Origin: Myxococcota bacterium
GTDB lineage: Bacteria; Myxococcota_A; UBA9160; PR03
DNA length: 64,000 nt
Assembly (NCBI GenBank): GCA_041611735.1
Contig: JBFIML010000001.1
Coordinates: forward strand, 32,001 to 96,000
Direction of reading: 5' to 3'
Shown: piece after piece, positions 9,256 through 18,493 of the stretch
How the letters are laid out: each line of letters starts with the position of its first letter
Numbering within the stretch: the first letter of the stretch is position 1
The notes under the pieces: model-generated
What the model saw: the letters and a program-made list of their open reading frames with translations, nothing else
What the model was told of the DNA's origin: nothing
Database searches by the model: none
Made by a program: the position numbers and the translations under genes

Positions 9256-10113
9256 GTGCAGCGCCTCTTCGTGGGAGACGTCCAGGGCTGTGCCGACGAG
9301 CTCGGCGAGCTGCTGGTCCGGGCACGCAACGCCTTCGGCCCGGATTTCGAGGTCTGGTTCGTGGGCGATCTCGTGAATCGGGGACCCGCCAGCCTGCGCG
9401 TCCTCGAGCAGGTGCGCGAGCTCTCCGATGCCGGGCGGGCGCACACCGTGCTCGGCAACCACGAGGTGGCCCTCCTCCAGGCTGCCCTCGGACTCCGGCA
9501 GCCGGATGCGGACGATACCTACCGGGAGGTGCTCGAGGATCGGGATGCGGAAGCCTGGCTGGACTGGCTGCGGAGGCGACCCCTGGCGATCCGGGGGCGT
9601 CTCGGCGAGACCCCCTTCGTGCTGGTGCACGCGGCCGTGGCGCCCGAGTGGAGCCTCGCCGACGTGTTGGCACACACGCGCCGCGTGGAGGTCCGCCTCG
9701 GCGGCGCGCTCGCGGAGGCGCGCCGCCTGCTGGCCGCCGACCCCGCCCGGGATCCGGACCGCGACGTGCTGGCCCGGCTCATCCAGTGCCGGAGCGTGGA
9801 CGGGCGCGGCGTCTGGTCGGCGGACGCGCCGGCCTCGCCGCGCGATGCGTGGCACCGACGCTGGCGCGAGCGCCGCCACGACTACGGCGTCGTCTACGGC
9901 CACTGGGCGCTCCAGGGGCTGCACGTGGCCCCGGGCCTGCGGGGACTCGACACGGGCTGCGTTCACCACGGTCGGGGAAGGGACGGGTTCCTCACCGCCT
10001 GGCTGCCGGAGCCGCAAGCGCGCCACCCCTTCGAGGTCCCCGACGATCGCTTCTGGCAGGTGCGTGCCCACCGTCGCTACTGGCCCTTTCGCGCCCCCCA
10101 AGAACGTGCTTGA
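9256..10113 (+). CDS. apaH: Symmetrical bis(5'-nucleosyl)-tetraphosphatase (ApaH-like)
   Basis: GDVQGC, GDLVNRGP, GNHE, VHA, GHWA, LDTGCV. Confidence 0.85.
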   Translation: MQRLFVGDVQGCADELGELLVRARNAFGPDFEVWFVGDLVNRGPASLRVLEQVRELSDAGRAHTVLGNHEVALLQAALGLRQPDADDTYREVLEDRDAEAWLDWLRRRPLAIRGRLGETPFVLVHAAVAPEWSLADVLAHTRRVEVRLGGALAEARRLLAADPARDPDRDVLARLIQCRSVDGRGVWSADAPASPRDAWHRRWRERRHDYGVVYGHWALQGLHVAPGLRGLDTGCVHHGRGRDGFLTAWLPEPQARHPFEVPDDRFWQVRAHRRYWPFRAPQERA

Positions 10114-10138
10114 ACTCGACCTCGCACCGATCTAGATT
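10110..10138 (+). promoter_or_regulatory. sigma70-type promoter
   Basis: TTGAAC (10110-10115), 17 nt, TAGATT (10133-10138); predicted TSS near G10145. Confidence 0.7.
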
Positions 10139-10144
10139 GACTTC

Positions 10145-10620
10145 GTACCCTGGACCCGGCGCAGGGGGAAGAGGTTCCGCCTCCGCCGACCGGACCGAGC
10201 GCCGGGTGACCCAGGTACGCGTCGGTGAGTCGGCGGGGGAGGGCGAGCCTGCGGGGTCGCGCCCGGAAGCCGGCCGATCAGCCGGAGTTCTGCGAGGCGC
10301 GAGGTCGCGGGCATCGGCGCGGGGGAACCTTCCCGGACCCGGGAGCTTCCACCCAAACGCCGGAGAGAGAGGGGAGTCTCCGACGACGCAGGCCGCGGCG
10401 AGGGCCCTGTCCGCGAACGCGCCAAACAGGATCGTTCGGGGGCGCACGGTCGCCCGGTCTTCGCAAGAGTTCCCCGAGGTTGCGCCGCGAGTCGGTGGCC
10501 GTTTGGATTCCGGTTCTCTCCGCGCAGCGGTTGTGCGGAGGGTCGGACGGTCGCTGCGACGCCGCTCCGGTACACGGCACGAGCCGGGCTTGCCCCGACG
10601 GAGGCCCGGGAAGGCCCCGC
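10145..10620 (+). ncRNA. Candidate large structured non-coding RNA (family not recognised)
   Basis: No credible ORF; upstream promoter; closing helices 10145-10162/10199-10218, 10219-10227/10312-10320 and 10328-10336/10606-10614; many internal hairpins with G-U pairs. Confidence 0.65.
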
Positions 10621-10655
10621 CGCCTCGACCCAGCCCGCCCGAGGGGTCTTGCCTC

Positions 10656-11594
10656 TCAGGGTGGCGCTCCGCGCTCTTCCAGGAGGCGACTCGCCTCCCG
10701 TCGCGCGCGAGCGTCCGCGTCCTGCGCGGCCACGTGCGCCACGGCCCCCGCCACAGGTTCGCTCCACACGCTCGGTGCGAGGCGAAGCGCCTGCCGTCGC
10801 AGCAGGCGGTCCGGGTGTTCGAGGGCTCGGAGCAACAGCTCGGCCAGGGCGGGATGGCTGGCACGGGCGGCTCCGGTCAGTACCGCGCGCAGCACGCCGG
10901 CCTCGGCAGCACCCTCTGCGTCCCGCAGCCCCGCCACCAGCGCGTCGAGGCCCTCGCGCCGGCTCGTCGCGAGCTGCGCCGAGACGGCGCGTGTCTCGGC
11001 GGGTCGGCCCGTGTCCAGAGCGTGTCGCGCCTGGAGCACGGCGGCTTCCGGGGAGAGGGGAGCCAGGGGCGCACGGCCTTCCAGCAGGGCGAGTCGCGCC
11101 TCGTCGCGCAGGCCGGCGTCGGGGCTGTCGAGCCAGGCGGAGTAGACGGGGACGAGACGCTCCGGAGACCCGGCGGCGGCGATCTCGCGCACGGCCGCCT
11201 CCCAGCGCTCCTCGGCGTCGGCATCGGACAGGACGAAGACCCCACGTGCCCCCTCCACCAGGACGTAGGGAGCGCGTGCTCCCCGCAGGAGCAGGAGGAC
11301 GCGCTGGCCGGGCTCCAGGGCCGGCGTCCGGGAAGGAGACCGCTTCACCGCGAAGCGCGCTTCCACGTCGCCGAGCACCGCGTGGCCCTCTCGCAGTCGA
11401 ATGCGTCCCGGCTCCACGGCGTCCACCGTGGCGAGGACGGCCCGGTCCGCCCGGGCGGCGCGTTCGTGCAGTGGCGCCGGGCCCGAGGGCAGGGGATGGA
11501 CGAACGCCTGGGCCCTCGCGGACGCGGCGCCGAGGGACGCTGCGAGCGCGACGGCGGCGGTCGACCACGAGCGCACGCGGCCTCGATGGCCCAT
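10656..11594 (-). CDS. Hypothetical exported protein with HEAT-like repeats
   Basis: Signal peptide ending A-x-A; C-terminal L..AL.HPD..LR..A helical repeats. Confidence 0.7.
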   Translation of the reverse strand: MGHRGRVRSWSTAAVALAASLGAASARAQAFVHPLPSGPAPLHERAARADRAVLATVDAVEPGRIRLREGHAVLGDVEARFAVKRSPSRTPALEPGQRVLLLLRGARAPYVLVEGARGVFVLSDADAEERWEAAVREIAAAGSPERLVPVYSAWLDSPDAGLRDEARLALLEGRAPLAPLSPEAAVLQARHALDTGRPAETRAVSAQLATSRREGLDALVAGLRDAEGAAEAGVLRAVLTGAARASHPALAELLLRALEHPDRLLRRQALRLAPSVWSEPVAGAVAHVAAQDADARARREASRLLEERGAPP

Positions 11595-11623
11595 CGTGTG
11601 CGAGTATACGGAGGATGAGTGCC

Positions 11624-13087
11624 ATGAGGTTGCGCCGGATCCGCACGGCGGCGCTCGGCCTGCTGGGGGCCTTCTCCACCTCGTGCGCCGGGCTGGGCTC
11701 GCTCGGCACGCTCACGCCCGAGCAGGAGGTGGCGGTCGGTGCCCGCGAGGCGGTCAGCGTCGAGCAGGAGATCGGCCTGGTCGCCGACCCGCAGCTGGTT
11801 GCGTACGTGGAGGCGATCGGCCGCCGCGTGGCCGCCCACTCGCCGCGGCGAGACATCACCTACCGCTTCCACGTGGCCGACATGGCCGAGCCGAATGCGT
11901 TTGCCCTCCCGGGCGGCTACATCTACGTGTCGCGGGGTCTTCTCGTGCTGGTGAACTCGGAGGCCGAGCTCGCCAACGTGCTCGGCCACGAAATTGCTCA
12001 CGTGACGGCGCGCCATCACGCCCAGCGCCACAGCCGCGCCACCAGCGTCGGTCTGCTCACGGTGCTGGGCACCGCCGCGGCCGCGATCCTGGGCGGCGCC
12101 GAAGCGGCGCAGCTGGCGGGCCAGATCGGACAGGTGGCGGGAGCCGGCCTGATCGCCTCCTATACGCGCGACCAGGAGCGCGAGTCGGACGAGCTTGGCC
12201 AGCAGATGGCCCTGCGGGCCGGCTACGACCCGGCGGCCATGGCGAACTTCCTGCGCACGCTGGAGGGCTGGGCGCGGCTCCAAGAGGGCGGCAACCGCAT
12301 GCCGAGCTTCCTGGACAGCCATCCCGCGACTCCCGAACGCATCGCGGCCACCGCGGCCCGGGCCGCCACCTTGACGCCGGGCGGAGCGCCGCGGGATCCG
12401 GACGGACGCGAGCGCGTGCTGGCGCACCTGGACGGGCTGGTGGTCGGCCCGAGCGTCGGCGAGGGCGTGCTGCGGGACGGCCTCTTCCTGCACCCGGACC
12501 TGAGCTTCGCGCTGCGTCCTCCCAGCGGCTGGCGCGTGCAGAACCAGAAGCGCGCCCTCGCCGCGGCGGCTCCGTCGGGCGATGCACTCTTCGTGCTCGA
12601 GCTCCAGGGCCCCGGCGACGACCCGCGTGCGGCCGCCGAGGCCTTCGCCCGCGCCAAGGGCGTCCGCTATGCGGAGTCCGGTCCGGCGCGGGGCACGCTG
12701 CTGCCCGGCTGGCGAGCGTTGGCGGTGGCGGAGTCCCAGCAGGGCCGCCTCGCGGTGGACCTCACCTGGATCGCCTGGCAGGGGCTCGTCTACCGGCTCT
12801 CCGGTGTGACCCCGGTCGCTGCCCAGGGACGCCATGCCGGGAGCTTCGAGACCGCCGCGCGCAGCTTCCGGCCCCTGTCGAGGGCCGAGCGGGCCGGCAT
12901 CCGGGAGCTGCGTCTGCGCCTGGTGACGGCCCGGGCCAACGAGTCCCTGGCTGCCCTGGCGGCGCGAGCGCAGGGCGTCTGGAAGCTCGAGGAGCTCGCG
13001 CTGGTGAACGGCCTCACGCCCGAAGCCCGCCTCGCAAGCGGCCTGCGCATCAAGGTGGCGAACGCCGAGCCATACGTCGGGCGCTAG
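11624..13087 (+). CDS. M48-family metalloprotease (putative lipoprotein) with C-terminal LysM-like domain
   Basis: PNAFALPGG, HEIAH, YTRDQERESD, SHP; C-terminal ESLAALA...LALVNGL. Confidence 0.9.
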   Translation: MRLRRIRTAALGLLGAFSTSCAGLGSLGTLTPEQEVAVGAREAVSVEQEIGLVADPQLVAYVEAIGRRVAAHSPRRDITYRFHVADMAEPNAFALPGGYIYVSRGLLVLVNSEAELANVLGHEIAHVTARHHAQRHSRATSVGLLTVLGTAAAAILGGAEAAQLAGQIGQVAGAGLIASYTRDQERESDELGQQMALRAGYDPAAMANFLRTLEGWARLQEGGNRMPSFLDSHPATPERIAATAARAATLTPGGAPRDPDGRERVLAHLDGLVVGPSVGEGVLRDGLFLHPDLSFALRPPSGWRVQNQKRALAAAAPSGDALFVLELQGPGDDPRAAAEAFARAKGVRYAESGPARGTLLPGWRALAVAESQQGRLAVDLTWIAWQGLVYRLSGVTPVAAQGRHAGSFETAARSFRPLSRAERAGIRELRLRLVTARANESLAALAARAQGVWKLEELALVNGLTPEARLASGLRIKVANAEPYVGR

Positions 13088-13101
13088 CCGGCGTCGCGCG
13101 C

Positions 13102-14265
13102 GTGGGCGACGCGTCCGTGCTCGAGGTTCGCATCGACTCGCTGGCCGGCGACGGCGATGGGGTGGCCCGCGACGCCTCGGGACGCGTGATCTTCGTGCCC
13201 TTCACGGCCCCCGGGGACCGGGTCCGGGTGCGGGTCGTGGAGGCGCGACGGCGCTTCGCCCGCGCCCGGGTCGAGACGCTGCTCGAGCCGGGCCCCTCGC
13301 GCACGTCGCCGCACTGTCCCGTGTTCGGGGAGTGCGGCGGCTGCACGTGGCAGCACGTGGACTATGCGACCCAGGTGGAGGCCAAGCGGCGCATCCTGGA
13401 GGAGGCCCTGCAGCGGGTGGGCGGGATCCGGCCGCCCGGCGGGATCGGCATGGTGGCCTCGCCGCAGCCCTACGCCTACCGCGCCCGGGCCCGGGTGCGG
13501 GTGGAGGGCGGACACGTGGGCTACCGGCGCCGGCGCAGCCACGCCCTCTGCCCGGTGCGGGGCTGTCCCCTGCTGCTGCCCGCCCTGGACGCGTGTCTGG
13601 CCCGCCTGGCGAGCCATCCTCCCGCCCGGGAGGGGGAGTGGGAGCTCGCCGCCGGTGACGATGGGAGCGTGCGGGCCGCGCCGCTGCCGTCGCCCCCGGG
13701 GCCGTCGGTGGAGCTCCGCGTCCGGGGAGAGACCCTGCAGGTCTCGCCCGGGGTCTTCGCCCAGGCGAACGGGTTGTTGCGCGAGACCCTGGTCGAGGCC
13801 GTGTGTGAGGCGGCGGGGCGCGGGGAGACCCTGCTCGAGCTGCATGCGGGTGCCGGCTTCTTCACGCTGTCTCTCGCACGACACTGGCGCCGTCTGGTGG
13901 CGGTCGAGGCGGACTCCGCGGCGGTCCGCGACCTGCGGCGCAACCTGGCCGCCGCAGGTCTCGACCACGTGGAGGTGCGGGCGCGGCCGGTGGAGACGGT
14001 GCTCGGCGGGCCGCCGCCAAGCCGTCTGGCACCCGAGGTCGTGGTGCTCGATCCGCCCCGCACCGGCCTGCCGCCTGGCGCGGCGCGGGCCCTGGCCAAC
14101 CTCGGGGCGAGCCGCGTGGTCTACGTTTCCTGCGATCCTGCCACCCTGGCTCGCGACCTGGCAGTCCTCGGGGCGGGGGGTCTCGCGGTGCGGCGGGTGC
14201 AGGGCTTCGACCTGTTTCCCCAGACGCCCCACGTGGAGACGCTCGCCGTCCTGGAGAGATCCTAG
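13102..14265 (+). CDS. rlmD: 23S rRNA m5U methyltransferase (RlmD/TrmA family) with TRAM domain
   Basis: TRAM N-terminus, CPVFGECGGC Fe-S motif, F.Q.N, LDPPRTG, YVSCDPATLARD, FDLFPQTPHVE. Confidence 0.88.
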   Translation: MGDASVLEVRIDSLAGDGDGVARDASGRVIFVPFTAPGDRVRVRVVEARRRFARARVETLLEPGPSRTSPHCPVFGECGGCTWQHVDYATQVEAKRRILEEALQRVGGIRPPGGIGMVASPQPYAYRARARVRVEGGHVGYRRRRSHALCPVRGCPLLLPALDACLARLASHPPAREGEWELAAGDDGSVRAAPLPSPPGPSVELRVRGETLQVSPGVFAQANGLLRETLVEAVCEAAGRGETLLELHAGAGFFTLSLARHWRRLVAVEADSAAVRDLRRNLAAAGLDHVEVRARPVETVLGGPPPSRLAPEVVVLDPPRTGLPPGAARALANLGASRVVYVSCDPATLARDLAVLGAGGLAVRRVQGFDLFPQTPHVETLAVLERS

Positions 14266-14906
14266 GGCGGAACCAGGCCGTGGCGCAGGGCGTAGCGCAC
14301 CAGCTCGGTGGCCTTGCGAACGCCGAGCTTGCGCATCAGGTTGCGCCGGTGGGCCTCCACCGTCTTCGTGCTCAGGTGGAGCTGCGTGGCGATCTCCTTG
14401 GCGGAGAGACCGTCGGCAATGAGCTGCACGACCTCGCGTTCGCGGACCGAGAGGCGGGCGCCCGGTGCATCCGCAGCTTCCCCGTGCGGGGTGCGAAGCT
14501 GGCTCACGATCTCCCGGGCCACCGGCGGACTGAAGTAGCTGCCTCCCCGCATCACGGCGCGGATCGCGGCCACCACCTCGGAGGCGCGGGCATTCTTGAG
14601 CACGTAGCCGTCGGCGCCCAGCGACACGGCGCTCTGCACGAACGGTGGGTCGCCGTGAACGGAGAGCAGGACCACCTTCAGCTCGCGCTTTCGGGTGCGC
14701 AGCTTCTCCAGGGCTTCGAGACCCCCCAGGCGCGGCATGCTGATGTCCAGCACGACCACGTCCGGCCGGTGCTTCTGCACCTGCTCGAGCACCTCGCGGC
14801 CGTCGGATGCCTCGCTGCACACGGTGAATTCGGGCTCCGCCTCCAGGATGCGGCGCAGCCCTTCGCGCACGATGCCGTGGTCGTCGGCCACCAGGATGGA
14901 GATCAC
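14262..14906 (-). CDS. NarL/FixJ-family response regulator
   Basis: ADDH, DISMP, GYVLK; LuxR HTH LSVREREV...KTVEAHR. Confidence 0.95.
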   Translation of the reverse strand: MISILVADDHGIVREGLRRILEAEPEFTVCSEASDGREVLEQVQKHRPDVVVLDISMPRLGGLEALEKLRTRKRELKVVLLSVHGDPPFVQSAVSLGADGYVLKNARASEVVAAIRAVMRGGSYFSPPVAREIVSQLRTPHGEAADAPGARLSVREREVVQLIADGLSAKEIATQLHLSTKTVEAHRRNLMRKLGVRKATELVRYALRHGLVPP

Positions 14907-15020
14907 GAGGCCCCATCGTAAACCCTGCGCTACGAGGGAACAATCGCCACGGCGGCCGTGGTGCGGGCGGCGCGGGCGGGGGCTACCCTCCCCGCTGGGA
15001 CGTCTTCAGGAGGCAGCGCG

Positions 15021-15347
15021 ATGGCCGAGGCAATCTTCGAGCGGATCCGACGGGACGTCGAGGCCCACCCGATCCTGGTCTACATGAAGGGCACGCCGGG
15101 CTTCCCGCAGTGCGGCTTCTCCGGGGCCGTGGTGCGCATGCTCGAGGAGCTCGGAGCTCCCTTCGAGGCGCGCGACGTGCTGGCCGATCCCGAGCTGCGC
15201 GAGGCGATCAAGCGCTTCTCGAACTGGCCCACAGTCCCCCAGATCTACGTCTCCGGCCAGTTCGTGGGAGGCTGCGACATCCTGGGCGAGCTGTATGAGA
15301 GCGGAGAGCTCGCCGAGATGGTGAAGCAAGCCCTCGAGCGGAAGTAG
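15021..15347 (+). CDS. grxD: Monothiol glutaredoxin
   Basis: MKG..PQCGFS, WPTVPQ, GGCDI; AGGAGG RBS. Confidence 0.95.
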   Translation: MAEAIFERIRRDVEAHPILVYMKGTPGFPQCGFSGAVVRMLEELGAPFEARDVLADPELREAIKRFSNWPTVPQIYVSGQFVGGCDILGELYESGELAEMVKQALERK

Positions 15348-15354
15348 GTGCGGA

Positions 15355-15996
15355 GTGCGCCCGGGTCGCGGGAACGGCCGCCCGGCCGGGGGCCCGTTTG
15401 CATCCTTCGTGCTCTACGTGGAGGGCCCACGCGACCGTGACGTGCTGGTGGCCTGGGCCCGCCGGGTCGGGCCGCGCCTGGCCCAGGAGCTGGCCCGGGC
15501 GTCGGTGATCCTCGGCGGTTGCCGCCCGGCCCGCGCCCGCGAGCACTTTCGCGACCTGCGCGAGCGGGACGCCGCCACGCGCGGCCTGTGCGTTCTCGAC
15601 CGCGACGCGGGATGGCCCGAGCCGAAGCCTCGCGCCGAGCCGGGCCTCGACTTCTTCACCTGGCGGCGCCGTCACATCGAGAGCTATCTGCTGGTGCCGG
15701 CGGCCATCCGGCGCTCCTTGCGGCTCCCCCCGGACGACGCGCGCACCGAGCGCCTGCTCCGCCGCCTGCTTCCCGCGGCGGCGGACGAGGACTCGCTGGC
15801 GACGCTCGACGCCAAGCGCCTCTTCGTGACCCACGGTCTGCTCGCGCGAGCGCTCGGCCAGCCCGTGGCGGTGGGTCGCGTGGCCCGGGCCATGCTGGCC
15901 GAAGAGATGCACGCGGAAGTCCACGCGCTGCTCGATCGGATCGGGAGGGAGCTGGGCATCCGCCGGGCGCCGGAGATCTACCTGCGCCGTGGCTGA
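15355..15996 (+). CDS. Stand-alone TOPRIM-like protein (OLD/DUF4435-like)
   Basis: LYVEGPRD, VLDRD, RRHIESYLL motifs; start codon uncertain. Confidence 0.65.
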   Translation: MRPGRGNGRPAGGPFASFVLYVEGPRDRDVLVAWARRVGPRLAQELARASVILGGCRPARAREHFRDLRERDAATRGLCVLDRDAGWPEPKPRAEPGLDFFTWRRRHIESYLLVPAAIRRSLRLPPDDARTERLLRRLLPAAADEDSLATLDAKRLFVTHGLLARALGQPVAVGRVARAMLAEEMHAEVHALLDRIGRELGIRRAPEIYLRRG

Positions 15997-17062
15997 GGCG
16001 GCGCCGGTGCGCGGGAGGCCCGGCGCCAGCGGGGGCGGACGTGCCCTCGTGCTGCGGCGGCCGGCTGCGGTCGAGACCGAGCCCCTTGCCCTGGTGGAGC
16101 GCCCGAGGCCCGAACCTGGCCCGGGCGAGATCCTGGTGGACGTCGAGGTGTGCGGCGTGTGCCGGACCGACCTGCACGTGGTGGAAGGCGACCTGGCGCC
16201 GCGCCGTCCCGAGATCGTCCCGGGCCACGAGGTGGTGGGACGCGTGGCGCGGTGCGGGCGGGACGCGGACCGCTTCCGGCCTGGCGAGCGGGTGGGCGTC
16301 GCCTGGCTGCACCACAGCTGCGGGCGCTGCCGCTTCTGCGTCCGGGGCGAGGAGAACCTCTGCCTGGAGCCCCGCTTCACCGGTTGGGACACCGACGGCG
16401 GCTACGCGGGCTTCGTGCTGGCCCGGGAGGCCTTCGTCTACCCGATCCCGACCGATCTCCCCGCGCGGGATGCGGCCCCGCTCCTGTGCGCCGGCATCAT
16501 CGGCTATCGCGCCTTCGTCCGCTCCCGGGCCTGCCCCGGCCAACGGCTCGGGCTGTTCGGCTTCGGTGGCTCCGCCCACATCGTGATCCAGATCGCCCGG
16601 CACGCGGGCATCGAGGTGCTCGTGTTCAGCCGGGAAGACGGCCACCGGGAGCTGGCCGGGCGTCTCGGTGCCGCCTGGGTGGGCGGCAGCCTCGACGTCC
16701 CCCCCCATCCCCTCGACGCGGCGATCCTGTTCGCCCCCGCCGGCGAGCTCGTGCCCGTGGCTCTCGAGCGCCTCGACCGGGGCGGCACCCTGGCCGTGGC
16801 CGGGATCCACCTCTCGGACGTGCCGGGGCTCGACTACGTGCGTCATCTGTTCCAGGAGCGCACGCTCACGAGCGTGACTGCCAACACGCGCCGCGACGGG
16901 GAAGCGCTGCTGCGCCTGGCCGCGGAGATTCCGATCCGCCCCCACACCCGCCTGTATCCGCTGGAGCAGGCCAACCAGGCCCTGGCGGACCTGAAGCACG
17001 ATCGCATCCGGGGCGCCGCGGTGCTGGAGGTCGCCACGGCCCAGGGGAACGCCGGCCCGTGA
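15989..17062 (+). CDS. Zinc-dependent alcohol dehydrogenase (AdhP-like)
   Basis: CGVCRTDLH, GHEVVG, CGRCRFC..G.ENLC, LCAG, GFGGSA. Confidence 0.93.
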   Translation: MAEAAPVRGRPGASGGGRALVLRRPAAVETEPLALVERPRPEPGPGEILVDVEVCGVCRTDLHVVEGDLAPRRPEIVPGHEVVGRVARCGRDADRFRPGERVGVAWLHHSCGRCRFCVRGEENLCLEPRFTGWDTDGGYAGFVLAREAFVYPIPTDLPARDAAPLLCAGIIGYRAFVRSRACPGQRLGLFGFGGSAHIVIQIARHAGIEVLVFSREDGHRELAGRLGAAWVGGSLDVPPHPLDAAILFAPAGELVPVALERLDRGGTLAVAGIHLSDVPGLDYVRHLFQERTLTSVTANTRRDGEALLRLAAEIPIRPHTRLYPLEQANQALADLKHDRIRGAAVLEVATAQGNAGP

Positions 17063-17817
17063 AGGCGCTGGTGCTCGACTTCGACGGGGTCATCTCCGAC
17101 AGCGCCCGCGAGGCCTTCGTCGTGGCGCGCCGCACCTGGCTCGCCCTGTGTCCCGGCTCGTCGTTGGGCGAGGCGGACCCGTCCCGTCTCTACGCAGGCT
17201 TCCTCGCGCTCATGCCCCTGGGCAACCGGGCCGAGGACTACGGCGCCGCCCTGGCGGCGCTCGAGCGGGGGGTGAGGATCCCCGACCAGGCCCGCTACGA
17301 CAGCTTCCGGGCCGGTCAGGACGAGGAGTGGCTGCGCGAGTTCCACCGCCGCTTCTACGCCGAGCGCGCCCGCTTCGCCGCCGAGGATCCCTGGGGCTGG
17401 AGGCGACTCCTGGCGCCGTACCCGCGCTTCCTCGCCGTCCTGCGCCGGCGGGCGGGAGAGGTCTCCTACGCCATCGCCACCTCCAAGGATGGGGACTCGC
17501 TGCGCATCCTGCTGCAGCACTACGGAGTCGACGACCTCTTCCCTGCCCGGAGCCTCCACGACAAGGAGACGGGCGTGAGCAAGACGGCGCACCTCGAGCA
17601 GGTGCAAAGCGAGCTCGGGCTCGAGTTCGCAGAGCTCACCTTCGTGGACGACAAGGTGAACCACCTGGACGCGGTGGCCGGGCTCGGCGTGCGCTGCGCG
17701 CTGGCCGCCTGGGGCTACAACGGGCCTCGCGAGCATGCCCTGGCTCGTGAGCGCGGCCATCTCGTGTGTACCCTCGACGATGTCGAGGAGCGGCTGTTCG
17801 GCAGGCGCGACCCCTGA
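17059..17817 (+). CDS. HAD-superfamily hydrolase
   Basis: LDFDGVISDS, ATSK, FVDD, WGY. Confidence 0.85.
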   Translation: MKALVLDFDGVISDSAREAFVVARRTWLALCPGSSLGEADPSRLYAGFLALMPLGNRAEDYGAALAALERGVRIPDQARYDSFRAGQDEEWLREFHRRFYAERARFAAEDPWGWRRLLAPYPRFLAVLRRRAGEVSYAIATSKDGDSLRILLQHYGVDDLFPARSLHDKETGVSKTAHLEQVQSELGLEFAELTFVDDKVNHLDAVAGLGVRCALAAWGYNGPREHALARERGHLVCTLDDVEERLFGRRDP

Positions 17818-17870
17818 ACACCTGGCATCTCGCTGCGGGCGCCCTACCTTCCCGCTCAGCGAGGCACGGC

Positions 17871-18428
17871 TTGGAACTGGACCTGCAGCTGCACGCGGAG
17901 CGCACGCCGAACCCCCACTGCGTCAAGTGGGTGGTGAGCCGCCCGCTGCTCGAGCCCGGGCAGAGCGCACACTTCGATGCGCCGCCGTCCGAAGAGGTCT
18001 CGCCCCTGGCGGCGCGGCTGTTCCAGTTGCCCGGCATCCAGGCGGTCTTCCTGGCACCCCGCTTCGTGAGCGTGACCAAGGCCGAGGACGTGGACTGGCC
18101 GGACCTGGCGCGTCCGCTGGTGGACGCCCTGCGCAGCTTCCTCGAAGCCGACGGGTCGGCGCTCGGCCCCGCCTTCGAGGCCCAGGCCAGCGGGCCCCAG
18201 GGCGAGGTCGAAGCCCGCATCCGGCGCATCCTCGACCAGGAGATCCGCCCGGCGGTCGGGCGCGACGGCGGCGACGTGGTCTTCGCCGGCTACCGGGGCG
18301 GCGTGGTCGAGCTGTACCTGCAGGGCTCGTGCAGCGGCTGCCCGAGCTCCCTGGCGACGCTCAAGTTCGGGATCGAGGCGCGCCTGCGTGAGGAGATCCC
18401 GGAGGTCACGGAGGTGGTGGCGCTCTAG
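17871..18428 (+). CDS. Nfu/NifU-family Fe-S carrier
   Basis: TPNP Nfu N-domain; IRP...DGGD and GSCSGCPSS motifs. Confidence 0.9.
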   Translation: MELDLQLHAERTPNPHCVKWVVSRPLLEPGQSAHFDAPPSEEVSPLAARLFQLPGIQAVFLAPRFVSVTKAEDVDWPDLARPLVDALRSFLEADGSALGPAFEAQASGPQGEVEARIRRILDQEIRPAVGRDGGDVVFAGYRGGVVELYLQGSCSGCPSSLATLKFGIEARLREEIPEVTEVVAL

Positions 18429-18493
18429 CCGGCGCCCCGACAGGACGATCCCCCCGCTGTGGGGCTCCCGGCGAGCGGAGCCACGGGGGATGG

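Noticed and set aside
10145-10620. Identification as RNase P RNA, tmRNA, SRP RNA or a group II intron
   Set aside because: No GAGGAAAGTCC/ACAGAA..CGGCTTA, no tRNA-like GGGG..TCCACCA ends, no SRP GGAAG..AGCAG loop and no domain V on either strand by eye; a covariance search is still needed.
9992-10864. ORFs crossing the apaH-downstream gap (9992-10864, 10225-11145, 10278-10580, 10132-11859)
   Set aside because: Arg/Pro/Gly-rich shadow translations that overlap real genes, with no RBS or motifs.
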